Source: Camelus ferus (lineage: Eukaryota). From it: DNA of 64,000 nucleotides. This document shows, in pieces, positions 24,837-37,100 of the stretch. The position numbers and the translations under genes were made by a program. Position 1 is the stretch's first letter, and every line of letters begins with the position of its first letter. Location: positions 119,414,001 to 119,478,000 of the forward strand of contig NC_045696.1 in NCBI RefSeq assembly GCF_009834535.1. The letters are read 5' to 3'. Below the pieces are notes generated by a model. The model made no database searches. It was not told where the DNA came from and saw only the letters and a list, made by a program, of their open reading frames with translations.

Positions 24837-24996
24837 GGGGAAAGGGTATAGCTCAGTGGTAGAGTGTGCGTTTAGCGCACTCAAGGTCCTGGGTTCGATC
24901 CCCAGTACCTCCATTTAAAATATATACATACACACATACACACACATATATATACTTAATTACCTACCCCCCCCCCAAAAAAAACCCCGCAATTAC
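24837..24996 (+). mobile_element. tRNA-Ala-derived camelid SINE (vic-1 type)
   Basis: A box 24849-24859 and B box 24892-24902; TSD agact(g/t)gaccac(g/a)gtttt at 24819-24836 and 24997-25014. Confidence 0.93.
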
Positions 24997-25199
24997 AGAC
25001 TTGACCACAGTTTTGAATTCCCTGGCTCTGACTCTGGACCCTTCCTCAGACAAGGTTGGCTTTCCTCCCTGAAGCTGTCCACTCCCACCTTCCCTGGGGC
25101 ACCACCCCGACCTGATGGGACCCTTGCCTGCAGGCTCCCCCCAGGCTGATGCTCTCCATCCCAGGACTCCCTGACCACCTGTGGCTGATGAGATGACTT

Positions 25200-25518
25200 T
25201 AGAGCCAATAATTATTCTTTGGAGGGAGGGAACCGTGTACACGTTGCTCTTGAACTTGGCCACGTGACTTGCTTTGGGCAGTGAAATGTGTGGGAGTAAC
25301 ATGTGCTCATTCCCAGCCTGCTCCCCTGGGACATGCTGCCCTCTACCTTGAGAGATCACACCCGGGTCCCTGGTGCCCCTTCATCTCAGGTCCAGAACGA
25401 GCGGTGTGAACTTGAGCCTCACCTTGAAGCAGAGTTACTGGGGTCAACTCACAGACGTTAAAACCAGTTTGGGGACGGTCTGCTATGTCACATGCTATAA
25501 TGGCTGCTGCCTAATACA
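25200..25518 (+). mobile_element. MaLR LTR (MLT1I/J-like)
   Basis: ttggccacgtgacttgctttgggcagtgaaatgtg...ctaataca. Confidence 0.6.
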
Positions 25519-25949
25519 CCCACAAAGGAAGAGCCGACGTCTTGCTGAAGTGCCATCGCCATTATGACCTTAGCTACCACCAACACCAATTAAGCAAAGT
25601 TCTTTTTATTCCAGGACACTTCCCTAAACCCACCCTTGGTACCAACTTTTTTGAGCAACAATGAATCTGGCTACTACTTGTTTGTAAGAGTTGGGGAAAT
25701 GATGCTAAAATGTGAATACTATGGGGAAAAAAACCCTTACATCAGAACCGGTCTACTCTCACCAGTCCAAGTGAAAGTGAAGGATGCAAAGCCATTATTG
25801 TCTCAAGGCAAAAACCTTGCACACAAGCAAGGTGAACCCCTTGCTTCTCATCCATGCTGCTGTGATGATGCAAGGGATGCAAGTTTTAGGGGTGCAGGAG
25901 AGCCCATCTGGCACCCTGCTTTTATAAAGATGTGCTTATAAAAAAAAGA

Positions 25950-26140
25950 TGTTGCAGACCTAATACTATAGGTGCCTTGAGGTGTGTGGCGGGTTGCCGC
26001 GGAGAAAATGGATTAGACTAGTTTTCTAGCGGGGGTGGAAGATGCAGGAGACAGAGTGACATTAGGAAGAACTTTCTGAACAGAGACATCGTGTACTGCC
26101 AAGGGAGAGAAGGAGTTTCCTGTCACTGGAGCTATTCATG
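25950..26140 (+). mobile_element. CR1/L3 3' remnant
   Basis: ggattagactagtt...aggaagaactttctgaacag...gagtttcctgtcactggag. Confidence 0.55.
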
Positions 26141-26149
26141 TGTTGACAG

Positions 26150-27220
26150 GATGAAGGATGTTTCTGTCATTCGGTAAATGTCTGTAGAGCCTGCCACGTG
26201 CCAGGTTCTGTGCTCAGTGCCGAGTGGTGAACCAAGCAGGGGTAATATCTTCCCTTCTGGACCTTTAGGTCTGGTTGTGGAATTAGGCATTATACAAACA
26301 ACCACATAAACAAACACAGAATGGCAAACTGTAGGAAGTAACTAGGGCCTACTTTCCACTGGATGGTCAGGGAGGGTGTATAACTAACATTTATTACTAA
26401 CGTGACTGAATATTTCAGGTGCTGGAAAATCCTTTCGTCTCAGGTGTAGAGGCCCTCCCCCAATCCAGGAGATGACTTGAAGTGGTTCTAAGCAATCACT
26501 GACTTTCATTTCCTGGATCAATGATTGGTGGTAGGAGATGATTTGCCAATGAAATTAAAGTCATTTCTGGCCCATGAAGTTAAAAGTCCAAGTCTGGTGG
26601 CTAGGTGTTATTAGAAAATGTTGCTTTTTGGAGAAAAAATGGACACACCCAGCTAGAACAGCCTTTGCTCCTTGTTCTTCCTTCTCCTTTCAGGCTGAAA
26701 TATGTAGGTGATGCCTGGAGGCATGGCAGTCATTTTGCAACCATGAGGCAGCATGGCAAGTCCTCTAAGGATAGAGCATTGGAGAAACAGGAAGAGCCTG
26801 GTTCTTGACAACACTGTCAAGCTGCTGCATCATCCATGTACCTCTGATCTCCTCTTAAGTGAGAAAAATAAACTCCAACGTGTCTGAGCTGGAGAAGCTG
26901 TGTTTTCCCTCAAGTCAAGCATGTTCCTCACCAACGAGTTCAACAGGATTCTCTGAGGAAGTACCATTTACTGAGATCTGAAGGATGAACTGGTGCTACT
27001 GGAGGAGGAGGCAAAAATGTTCCAGGTAGAGGGGGCAGCTGTGCAAAGACCCCAGGGATGAGTAACCTTGGTGTGTCTGAAAAACTAAAAGGACATGCAA
27101 TCTGAAGTTTAGGGAGCAAAAGGGTAAGGGTCGGAATTTGGAATAGAGAGGGGAAATCAGGACCTTGGAGGATGTGACAAAGGCTTTTCTTTCATAATCC
27201 CCACTCTACAAGATTTTCAG
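26150..27220 (-). mobile_element. L2 remnant interrupted by an MLT1 LTR (about 26390-26935, plus strand)
   Basis: L2-like gtgccaggttctgtgct and ctgagatctgaaggatgaa...tgtgcaaagaccc; MLT1-like ggcagtcattttgcaaccatgagg. Confidence 0.55.
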
Positions 27221-27647
27221 CAACTGAAAGGATGGAGTAATAAGGCAAACCTTTCAGGCACACGTCATCAACGGTGAGGCAGGAGCTCTCCCAGAACACA
27301 CGGTGTATCTGACCCATCACCTGCTAAGCCTGCGCCAGCCTGTCCCTCTGCCTTCCCCGGACCTGGCTGCTTGTGAGTCTTCAGCCAGAGTAAGAAAATG
27401 GGATAAAACATTTGGTCAGTTGACGGGCTGGCTGGCTTTGGGGCTACCTACTGATCATATAAAGACAAAAGTGAAGTCATCCTGGCCCTCAGAGATATAA
27501 TCAGATCAAAGTTCAGCCACTTTTTCTTTGACTGATGATGGAAAGCAACACTCTACAGCTCTTCACTAAGTCTTTTAAGGGCCTAATTTTTTTTTTTCTT
27601 ACTATGGGAAGAGTTAATAAAGGCACTGTTTTCAAAGCATGTACGGA

Positions 27648-27766
27648 GAGTGGTAGGTATAGTTCAGTAGAGATGGGAGATTTATATTCAAAAAATTAAA
27701 TAAATAAATAAACTTAATTACCTCCCCTCAAAAGAAGTCTTAAAAAAAAAAGAATTAAAAAAAAAT
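27648..27766 (+). mobile_element. Internally deleted vic-1-type SINE
   Basis: ggtatagttcagtagag head joined almost directly to aaataaataaacttaattacctcccc and an A tail; the B-box region is missing. Confidence 0.7.
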
Positions 27767-28097
27767 GGATGTAGGGAAACCCCAATGGGCAGTGTCTCGA
27801 GGCTGGTAACCACAGGGCATTGGTACCACCTCTAGGTCTGAAAGTGCCAAGAGCAGGGATGTTTTCTAGGGAGTGGTAAATGTGGACACATCAGAATACA
27901 GGGAGGAAAGGGCTGAGTGACAAGGGCTTCCTGACAGGAGCTGTGACCTTCTGTTGAGGGACAATCAGCCTACAGGGACTCTGCAAGGAGGGAACTGGAA
28001 CTAAAAACACCCACGCTGCCTCTCCCATCTCTTCTCAGTGGTTCTCATTGGCCAAACCCAACCAGAAGCCAGGACCGTGGGAGCAGGTCGCATAGAC

Positions 28098-28230
28098 TTT
28101 TTTTTTAATCCTTTCATCTGGGGAGGAGGTAATTAGGTTTTTATGTATGTATTAACGGAGGCACTGGGGATTGAACCCAGGACCTCATGCATGCCAAGCG
28201 TGTGCTCTGCCCCTGAGCTCTACCCTCCCC
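28098..28230 (-). mobile_element. tRNA-Ala-derived camelid SINE (vic-1 type)
   Basis: ggaggtaattagg...ggaggcactggggattgaacccaggacctcatgcatgc...ctgagctctaccctcccc. Confidence 0.92.
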
Positions 28231-30364
28231 TCACCACACTACCTTTTAAATTTATAGAGAAGGGAATATAGCTTGTAAAAGAAGAGCAATGTAGGAAAGA
28301 AAATTTCCAGGACAGTTAGAGAAATAATATGATTTGTTTGCACTTTATAATTTTTAAGGGTCTAAAAGGTGTCCATCAAAATTGTTTCATTCGGGACACA
28401 TCATCTCTGCTGGGAGCACCAGGCTGCTAGAAAGAGGCAGAACCATCTAGCCTGGGGACCGTGTCACTCCGGTGCCTTTGGGCTCCAGAAGATGGAATGA
28501 TGTCAAGCCAGGTGGGAGGCAGGCACAGTGGGTGGTCCGGCCTCCTTGCTCCCACACTTGTTTTAATACCACATGGGTGGTACCCTGAGCCATTTCCCAC
28601 CAACGAGGCGGTGGGCACCAGGGAGGCTCAGCTAGTCTCCCAGAACCCAAGATGAGAAACCTCTCCAGCAGGGGCCCCTGAAGCACACCCAGACTCACAT
28701 CCAGTGGACTGAGGTGGGCACCTTGGCCTCGGTAGCTATTACTAGCCAGGGGACTATTTCATGCAAGGGAACACTGAAGTAAAGGAAAATAAAGTCCCCA
28801 AGTGGCTGATGGCAGCAAAGCTTCACATGCACAGCGCCAGCCTGTAACCACATCCCTGAGAGCAGACCCAGCGCACCTGGGCCTGACGAGGACCCCCAAA
28901 GACAAAGCCAGACACAACCCCAAAGGGGGCCTACACCTGCCCGCGGCTCCGGGTCTTCTTCCCAGGGGAAGCTTGGAGGCTGGTCCACGTGGACATCCCT
29001 GCCAGGGCCTGGGCTCAGCTGTCATCCCAGTCCCCTGCCTGCTCCATCCAGCCTGGCTCCCTCGGCCCCCGACCCCGGCCGGAGCGTCTCCATGGCCACC
29101 ACGCTGGGCCGCAAAGTCTGAGGAACCCACTTTTTTCTAGGATAATTTCTAGCACAGCCCATAATTTCCTGGCATGTCCTAGCAGGTCTGCAGCTTCATG
29201 ACTCAATGTGACAAGATTTCTGCCGAAGAAGAAAAAAAGATCAATATTTAGTTGCCATAGTGGAGATTTACAGTCTTGGCCATTACAGTCCGACGGTTAA
29301 AATATGTGAGGGGCTGGAAGCATAGTGATCACTGACTGCTGTGCAGGTGAGTTAATGGAAACATGGCCGGGGCGGGGGAGTGGTGGGGACACAGCTGTCC
29401 CTCTGAGCTGGACCCAGCATTTGCACTTTCACAGCAAAAGAAAGGCAGTGACCAAACATCCCTCAGGGACCTGCAGAGATTTTACGAACTGGATTTGGGT
29501 TGAAAAGGGAAATGTCTGTACCTTTGCCCACGAGGTTCAGAATGTCTCTCCTCTCCCCCTTCCCGAACCCCTCCACCCGCTTATATCCCACTTGCCAAGC
29601 TGGTCCCCGAGACCCAGTTCCCAAGCCCCTTCCCTCAAGGGCCCTGAGACTCTGCCCTCTGAGGTGTGCCCCTCTTAGGGACATGGCCACTTTCCTGTCT
29701 GCGCCCCAGCACCTCCTTCCCCACCACCCCCACTGTCCTTCCCTTTGCTCTCATTCAGCACAGGCTGTCTGGAGAGTTTTCCCAACTAGATGGAAATATC
29801 TGGGAGGCCAGAGACTCTCGGTGACCCAGTTTGGCCAGTGGATCGGCAGAGCTGCTATCAGACACCTAGGACACATCTCAGTGACGATGCACTTCCATCC
29901 TCAGGGACGCAAAGGAACATCACACCTGTTGTTCTCCCCCTTTGCTGCCAGAGGCTGAGGTAGAGTGGACCCTGCCCTCTTCCTTCTCAGCTCCACTTTG
30001 AGAAGGACCTGCTTTCATGCCGGGAACAGGAATGCTGCTGGGGATGCCCTGAAACCAAAGAACCCAACTGAAGAGTTAGTCAAAGCTACTGGGGACTCTA
30101 GACTGGGCCTGGCCTGACCCAGGCAGTGGATTGCACACTCCTAGCCACAGAAACACTTATTTCCAAGCCCACCATGATGGCCCCACTTCCCTGCCTTTTC
30201 CAGGTACCTTTGCTCTGCCCAGAATTCACTCTTAACTCCCATCTGCTTGGAAACATATTATAGGACCAAGTTTAAACATCACCTTCTCTGGGAAACCCTC
30301 TCTGACCACCTCATGTGGTTGCTTCCTGCTCCACTGACGAGAATTCTGGTCACACCCCTTCAGA

Positions 30365-30640
30365 GCTGTCCCCACATACATTCATATGTTGAAGCTCTAA
30401 CCCCAGGACCTCAGAATGTGACTGTATTTGGAGACGGGGCCTTTAAAGAGGTAATTAAGGTTACATGCGGTCATATGGGTAGACCCTATCTCAATCTAAC
30501 AGGTGTCCTTATACGAAGAGGAAATTATAAAACAGAAGAGACACAAGGGGTAGACACACACAGATGGACCTGGGGAAGAGGACATAGTGAGAAGGCAGCT
30601 GTCTGCAAGCCCAGGAGAGAGGCTTCAGCAGAGAATGGCC
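30365..30640 (+). mobile_element. MaLR LTR fragment (MLT1A/B-like)
   Basis: ttcatatgttgaagctctaacccc...gaatgtgactgtatttggagacggggcctttaaagaggtaattaagg. Confidence 0.8.
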
Positions 30641-30831
30641 CCGCAAAGACCCCGCAGAACTTCACTAGGCTCTTGGGTTTGGAGCTGTCAGCACCTCTCA
30701 GCCATATGAGCTCAGAACTAGGGTACAGTCCATCAGTGACTTCAGCCCCTGACTTGGGTTTGTAGAAAACACAGCCTTCCCTGAGCTCAGCTGTCTGCTG
30801 CATCAGGAACTGTTCCTGGAACGATCTGGGC

Positions 30832-30997
30832 CAGTGGTTCTCAGACCCTGGCATGTGTCCAAATCACCTGGCAAGCCTCTGAAAGCACAGACGCCCGGGC
30901 CACCCCCACAGTTTCTCATTCAATAGGTCTGGGCTGGGGCCTGAGAATTCACACTTCTACCAAGTTGCCAACTGAGGCTGATGCTGCTTGTCCAGAC
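30832..30997. mobile_element. hAT-Charlie MITE (MER5A-like)
   Basis: cagtggttctca...aatcacctgg...aggtctgggctggggcctgagaatt...gctgatgctgct. Confidence 0.8.
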
Positions 30998-31599
30998 ATT
31001 AGTCTGGTCAAAGGGAAGCCAGCATCCCAGGGAAGGAAGACAGCAGTGACTCCAAGAATGCTGAAGGAGGTCCAGGCAGAGGGAGATGCGAGGGGATAAG
31101 GGTGTGTGACTTGGCTAAAGAGTGCTCAGTAGGTGCTGGGCAAAGCCTAACAGTGGTTACAGAAGCCACGGGGTGAGGGAGACGGCTGCTAATGAAGTCC
31201 TAAGACCATCCTGCAGAGCCCAGGTTCATCTGGACAAGAAAGAGCCATCAAAGGGCAGAGAAGACCTCAGTTTATTTTCAGATCTGGAACATTTCTGGGG
31301 ATCCTCCAATGCAGAGGACGGACACTGAGCAAAAGGCAGCAGCTGTCAGGAGGTGGAGCAGGGTCTGGTCCTGGCTAGGTTGTTATCAACCGTGTGCCTC
31401 AGTCATCGGACCTCTCCCTCCAGGCCTTCGTTACTTGATTTTCAACAGCCCCTCAGGGTTGCTGCAAGGACCAAGCGAGCTTTGGACGAAGAAGCACTTT
31501 GTAAGTTATGAAATGCTTCAGAAGCACAAAGGATGGGGTTACTGCCAGGGACGCAGAAATGAGCAGGGCTGGTCCTTGCCCCCAGGCAGTCACATTCTG

Positions 31600-32270
31600 A
31601 ACCGGGAGGTCCTGCATCCACATCCCTACGAACCCAAGTAGGAATCTGCTTCTCTGCATCTCCTTGGCCACCATCTAGCCTGAGTAGCATCACCGCCCTC
31701 CCCGAACACCCAGTGACTCTGCCTCTTGTCCTGCAAACCAACTCTTTTTACCTCAGCCAGAGGAATTGCTTAAAAATCTAATCAGATCAAGTCCTCACAG
31801 ACTGAAAACATTCCGACAGTTTCTTCCTATTGTCTTGCTATCAAGTTTGGGTTCTCTCCATAACCTACAAGACTGTGTGCGATCCTGTCCCACCAGCCTC
31901 TGCTCAAGCCACGCCTGCCTCCCAAGGGCGCCTGCCTCCCAAGGGCCCCAGCCTCCTGGAATGCAGCGAACTCCTCCCTGCCTCAGGGCCGTTGTTTGTT
32001 CTGTCCTCTGCCCGAGGGCTCCTTCCCTCCACTCAGTCTCTCGGTGCTGACTCATCCTTCAGATCTCAGCAGCCGCCTTCGACAGTCCCACCAGTCTCAG
32101 TTAGATCATCCTGTGATTCGCTCGGCTCCTTGCACCCTGTCCCTTTATTTCACAACTCTTTGTAATACACGTTTTTTCATTTGTTTGGTATATGTTTTCC
32201 TGACCAACCTGACAGGCTCTGAAAGCTGGGATTATGTCTGTTTCACTCATTTCTCATATCAATCAGTGTG
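31600..32270 (+). mobile_element. L2 3' remnant
   Basis: cagccagagg...aaaatctaatcagatca...ctcatccttcagatctcag; contains a 17-bp tandem duplication at 31912-31945. Confidence 0.65.
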
Positions 32271-33569
32271 TTTGGGATGAAAGCAACAGAAATCAGACTA
32301 GCTAATCTGAGGAAAAGGGGGTTTGTTGGAAGGACGTCTGGAGTTAATAGGCCCGAGAACAGGGCTTGGCAACAAGCAGGAACAAGGCAGCTCTTAAAAG
32401 CAGGAGGCTAAAAATGGCAGGAAACATTCTAGCGAAAAACAGCTTGATTGGGGTGTGAGATCCCAGAATGCCAACTTGTTTTGTCTCCTCATTAATCTGT
32501 TTTGATTTAAAATCCAGAGTGAGAACATTTAATTGGCCTGGATCAGATCATGGGCTCACTCTTGGCTTGGGGAAGGGAGAGGAGCCTCATCAGACTGGAT
32601 CCAAAAGAAAGAAGTCATCTCATTCCCAAAAAAAAAAAAAAAAAAAAAGAGTTGCTGGGTTGGCGCTTCCCAAGAGGAGAACGCAGGCTGGCCAGCCTCA
32701 GACAAAGCATTTGCTGGGGCAGCATATCGATCCCTGCTGGGTATCCGGACAGGGAGCCACCCAAGAACATACCTGTTCAATTAATGAATGCAAACTTGCT
32801 TCTGGGCAAAGTTCAGAGCTTGCTCAGTGACTTACGTTCAAAGAGAAGAGATCGTAAATGCTGGTCTTGGTGCAATTAGCAATACTTGGAACCATGCGTC
32901 GTGAATCAGTAAGCAACCGGGGGTACTAGGAAGTCGTATAGCTTCAAAGTATCCCTGAAATGTCACACCTTGTAGTATTTTTACTGACCTCAGAAGATGG
33001 TGCCTACCTGTCTGGTGACTTTCTTTGGCATGAACCAGAAAAATTTCCCCTTCAGTCTTTAAGGACACACAACCCATCACACCTTGGGCCGCCTCACAGG
33101 AGACTGGGCAACAGAACAGGGGGCCTTTGAAAGGGATTTACTCTCCCGGTGTCTCAGGAGGACCAAAAAAATCTATGGCTTTCTCTTAAAGTTGATGTAT
33201 TTATTGAGGAAAGAACAAGGCATATAAGACAGGAGTGTGGGGCCCTGTGTGGAAGCCTGGTCTTCTCTGGCTAGTTCGTGGAACATTCTTATGCCTCACG
33301 GTTTAAGGATCTTTTTTTTTCTTTCTTTTTTTTTTTTTGAGATTGGAGGGGAAAATGTTATTAATTTTCAGGAGAACAGGAGAGAATGAAGACATCTCCA
33401 GACTTCACTTTCAGGGCTCTTTGGCTACATTCCCAGAGCCAGAAAATCTTCTCCAAGGGTCTTGGGCCAGACATCTGGGTTTCCAGATGAGTCTTGTAGC
33501 CAAGGAAATTTTAGACAGGGGATGTGTTTTGGTAATCTTCTGCAGACTTATAAACCTCAAAACAGTGAT

Positions 33570-33985
33570 GTAAAGCCACAGCAATTTATTATTTTTCACA
33601 ATTCTGTGGACTGACTGGTATCAGCCAGGTGGCTCTTCTGTTCCACATGGTTTACCTGTGATCATTCATGAGCTATATTCAGCTGGGGCTATATTCAGTT
33701 GGCCAGGTTTGGGACATCAGAGATGGCCTCTCATCCTCCAGGACCTCTTACCATTCAGTAATTTAGCCCAGCCTTCCTTATCGCATGGCAGTTGGCTTCC
33801 AAGAAGGAGCATTTCTAGAGGATAAGCCCCAGTGTGAATTCACTTATCAAGTCTTTGTTGGCGTCACTTCACTAATTTCTCAATGACCAAAGCAAGTCTC
33901 GTGGTCAAGCCCAGAGTCCGTGTGGGAGGGGAGTACACAAGGGTGTGGTCCATTGGAGGCCACCGATGTACCAGTCTCCCACAGG
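33570..33985 (-). mobile_element. MaLR LTR (MLT1H/I-like)
   Basis: atttattatttttcacaattctgtgg...gaccaaagcaagtctcgtggtcaagcccaga. Confidence 0.65.
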
Positions 33986-35289
33986 AGAGCAGGGAAGCTG
34001 GGCAGACTGGGTCTCCCCAGGTGTCAGTGTCTATGTAGGGATGCATGACCCACTGACTGGTCTATGACTTTGCAGTTCCAGAATTTCAGTGTGATTAGGA
34101 CTGCATGTAGGTCCACCCCTTTCTTTGAAACTTCCTCTCATCCACAGACCCTGCCAAAGACAGGAATAGATCTTATCATGCTATTCCTTGGCCACAGATG
34201 AGTGGACCAGAGTGGACACCTGACCTAGGAGAAATCAAACTGTTTGCTGAGCTGCCCCAACTAGATTCTTTCATGTGACTCTGGAGTTGGCATGCTGAAA
34301 GATTAAGATCTAGGTTGGTGAAGAAATTACAGAATATCTTCTGGATACCCTAAAATGAGCTATGTCTTCTGAAACATGTCCCAAACTCCTGAGAGAAATG
34401 AAACTGAAAGACCATAGTTGAGAATTTTTAAGGAACTGTGGTAAGTAATAAGGCATTAGAGGGTTGCAGAAAACCAAATAAAAACTATAAACCATTCACT
34501 CATAGATGTCACATGTTTCTTCTTATCCTCTTTTACTCCATAATCTACCAGAGAAGACTATGCCTAAAGTAGCCAATGGTCCCATAAGAATAAGAGGCAT
34601 GTGGAGCAGGCCAGAAGAGGCTCTCAGCCCAGATCAGCCAAACCACAGTTGACTAGCAGACCCATGGTCATGAGGGTAAACATGATTTATGGTAAGCCAC
34701 TGATATTTTGGGGATGTTTGTTATGCAACATTATTATGCCAACAGCTGACTCATACAAATCTCAACAAAGGCCCTGGCTGACCAGTTCTCTGTTCCACTG
34801 ATCACTCAGGGCCTCAATGTTCTTCATCTTATGAAGATCAACCCCTAGAATTTGGCCCTCATCTGCATGTTTAGGGCCTGGTCACAGGCCTGTTCAGGTT
34901 CCAGCTTTGGGGAGCGGAAAAATGCATGGAGAAGCATGTAGGCAATATTTAAAGGCCAAAACTTGGAAGCTGAGTGCATCACATCAAGAATGGAGTCATG
35001 TGACCACACCCAGCTGCAAAGGAGGCTGGGAAATGCAATCTCTAGCCAAGTTGTCAGGTATCCAGCTACTATGCAAGATGAGGAAAACAGCTTTGGGGGA
35101 TCAGTTAGCAACCTCCACTTGTAGATGGGGGAAAATGATCTAAAAAGCCATGGAGATTTTCATGAATACCAAGAGTATGAGCTATGTAGCGGCATAGTTT
35201 CTGAAAACAAACTGAACAGTGAAGCAAATCTTCTGCCAGTGTACATAAGTAACAATGAGAGAACACACTAGCCCTGTTTGGTCTGTGCT

Positions 35290-35790
35290 GTTTGACATGC
35301 CTCCGCTGCGGAGTGGCCAGTTCATGGTAAACTTTCAGGATGGACAGAGACAAACATAAGTAGATACATTTGGGGGAGGGTATGGCCCTGTGGTAGAGCA
35401 CATGCTTAGCATGCATGAGGTGCTGGGTTCAACCCCCAGTACCTCCATCAAATAAATCAACCTAATTACCTACCCCCTCCCCACCAAAAAACCAAAAAAA
35501 CAAACCAAAAAGAAATTAAAAAAAAAAAAAGTAGATACGTTCAGAGGGAGTGGGCAGGTGATGAAGGCCCCCAAAGCAGGTCATAAGCTGAATGGTTGAG
35601 GACCTTGGAGACTTTCAGATGGAAGAGAATATTCGGGAAACTGAACAGCTGCCTTCGAATGTCTTAATGTAGGTCATGGCAAAGAGGGAGAAAGTTTATC
35701 CTGTGAAGCCTCCAGGAACAGATACTGTAAGAGGAAACTGCAGAGAAATATATTTATGTTTACTGTAAGAAAATAAGATTCTAGCAAAGA
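35290..35790 (+). mobile_element. CR1/L3 3' remnant split by a SINE
   Basis: gacaaac...gttcagagg...cagctgccttcgaat...gaaactgcagaga resemble the L3 ORF2 C-terminal region. Confidence 0.55.
35372..35528 (+). mobile_element. tRNA-Ala-derived camelid SINE (vic-1 type)
   Basis: tRNA-Ala head gcttagcatgcatgagg...; TSD aagtagatac(a/g)tt at 35358-35370 and 35529-35541. Confidence 0.93.
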
Positions 35791-36032
35791 GGTCCAGAAT
35801 GATTTATACTCCAGATGCATTTTGGACTAGAAGATGCCAAAAAAGAGAAAATGCTAGCTAGCATTGGTTGAATACCTAACCCGTGCCAAATACCACTTAG
35901 AGACTTCCATGAACTTTATTCCTTTCCACTCTGGAAGTCTCTACATCAATAAGGCTATATTCTATATCCCTCCAAAATCTTCTAAAAAGGTCCCTTGCCT
36001 CCCTGCATGTTAATGTGCGCTAATTCCTGCAG

Positions 36033-37100
36033 TGAAGTTACTAGTCTTCTCTCTGATTTTGTCTCTGAAATTCTGGAGGCAAGTCGTTGCAGCCCTACAT
36101 ATTTTTCTTCAAACCCTCCTTTTGGGGACTCGCCGACCATCCTGCAGGGAACATACGTGAGTTATATTTGTGGAGGAGAACCTCTTACGGAGAAAGTCCC
36201 GGCGGTGCTGTATGTGTACCAACTTGTGGGTTCTGTGGCCGATGGAGAAATCAGCCAGGGCAGGGAAAGAGGAACCCTGTCTCTTGGCAGTTTCCCGATT
36301 CCCAGCAGAAACTCGAGATCGCTATTGGAGGTGGGGGGTTACGTCCTGACCAGCAAAGCTTTGTGGTGGCCCTTATGTCTCCAGTATTTCCACGTCGGGG
36401 GTCTGGAGAAAGCCGCCAAGAAGGGTGAGTGGGCTGGTTTGGCGGCTCTATCCAATGTACCGATCGATGTCCAGTATTTTCTACATACGTCTTCTGGGAA
36501 CCTGTGGAGGGAGCTGCCTTTTCCTGACACATCCAGAGTCCCTCTGTCTCAACCAGAGTCAAGAGTCTTTTTTTTTTTTTTTTAATTCCTTCCACCTCCT
36601 GGATCTTCCAGATGTTTCCACCTGCCCGTCTTCAATTCAGCACGCACCTAAGTCAATCTCAATCTCAAACGTTGTGTTATCCCACCAGTGTGAATCCCAG
36701 GCAGGAAACAGAAAGTGACAGCGAGGAAGAGACCCCATAACGCCAAATCTCCTTAAAGCCTGTGAGAAGCTTTAATGTTTTGCACATACCTTCGGTACGT
36801 GGTAAGTTCCCCCCACGTGTCCCCAGGAGGTCAAGAGAGACGTTGGGAGGGTGAGGTAGGAACCCACTGACCACATAAATGTTGCAGTTAAGCTGTCTGG
36901 AAGGTGTGTAGAGGATATTTCAAGGTCCTTGGAGTCACAAAGCAGCAAGATGGAGGAGGCTGCTTGGAGAGCAAGGACATCTTGTCTCTCGGACCCTCCC
37001 ACCCACGCTCCACCTCCCAGTCCTCGGTCTCTCCTGTGTCTTCTAAACCCCAGGGGCTCAGGTTGGCCAGACATTAGTAGAGGTCTGCTCTGCGCAGGAG
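36033..37100 (+). other. Candidate unannotated spliced transcript (predicted exons 36033-36156, 36291-36424, 36612-36801, 37054-?)
   Basis: Alternating acceptor and donor consensus sites (donors gtgagt 36157, gtgagt 36425, gtaagt 36802) in sequence that looks non-repetitive and retains CpG; no recognisable protein homology. Confidence 0.25.

Noticed and set aside
35372..35447. tRNA-Ala(AGC)-like sequences here and at 13597, 24837, 28160, 38545 and 41829
   Set aside because: They have SINE tails, mostly TSDs, and stem mismatches, so they are SINEs rather than tRNA genes
15355..35790. Three plus-strand L3 fragments as pieces of one broken element
   Set aside because: The fragments at about 26.0 kb and 35.6 kb appear to cover overlapping parts of the consensus, so they are probably independent insertions
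35995..36585. 196-aa unspliced ORF
   Set aside because: Starts at TTG, ends in a poly-T run (FFFFF) and has no recognisable homology; only the spliced model is kept, as a weak candidate
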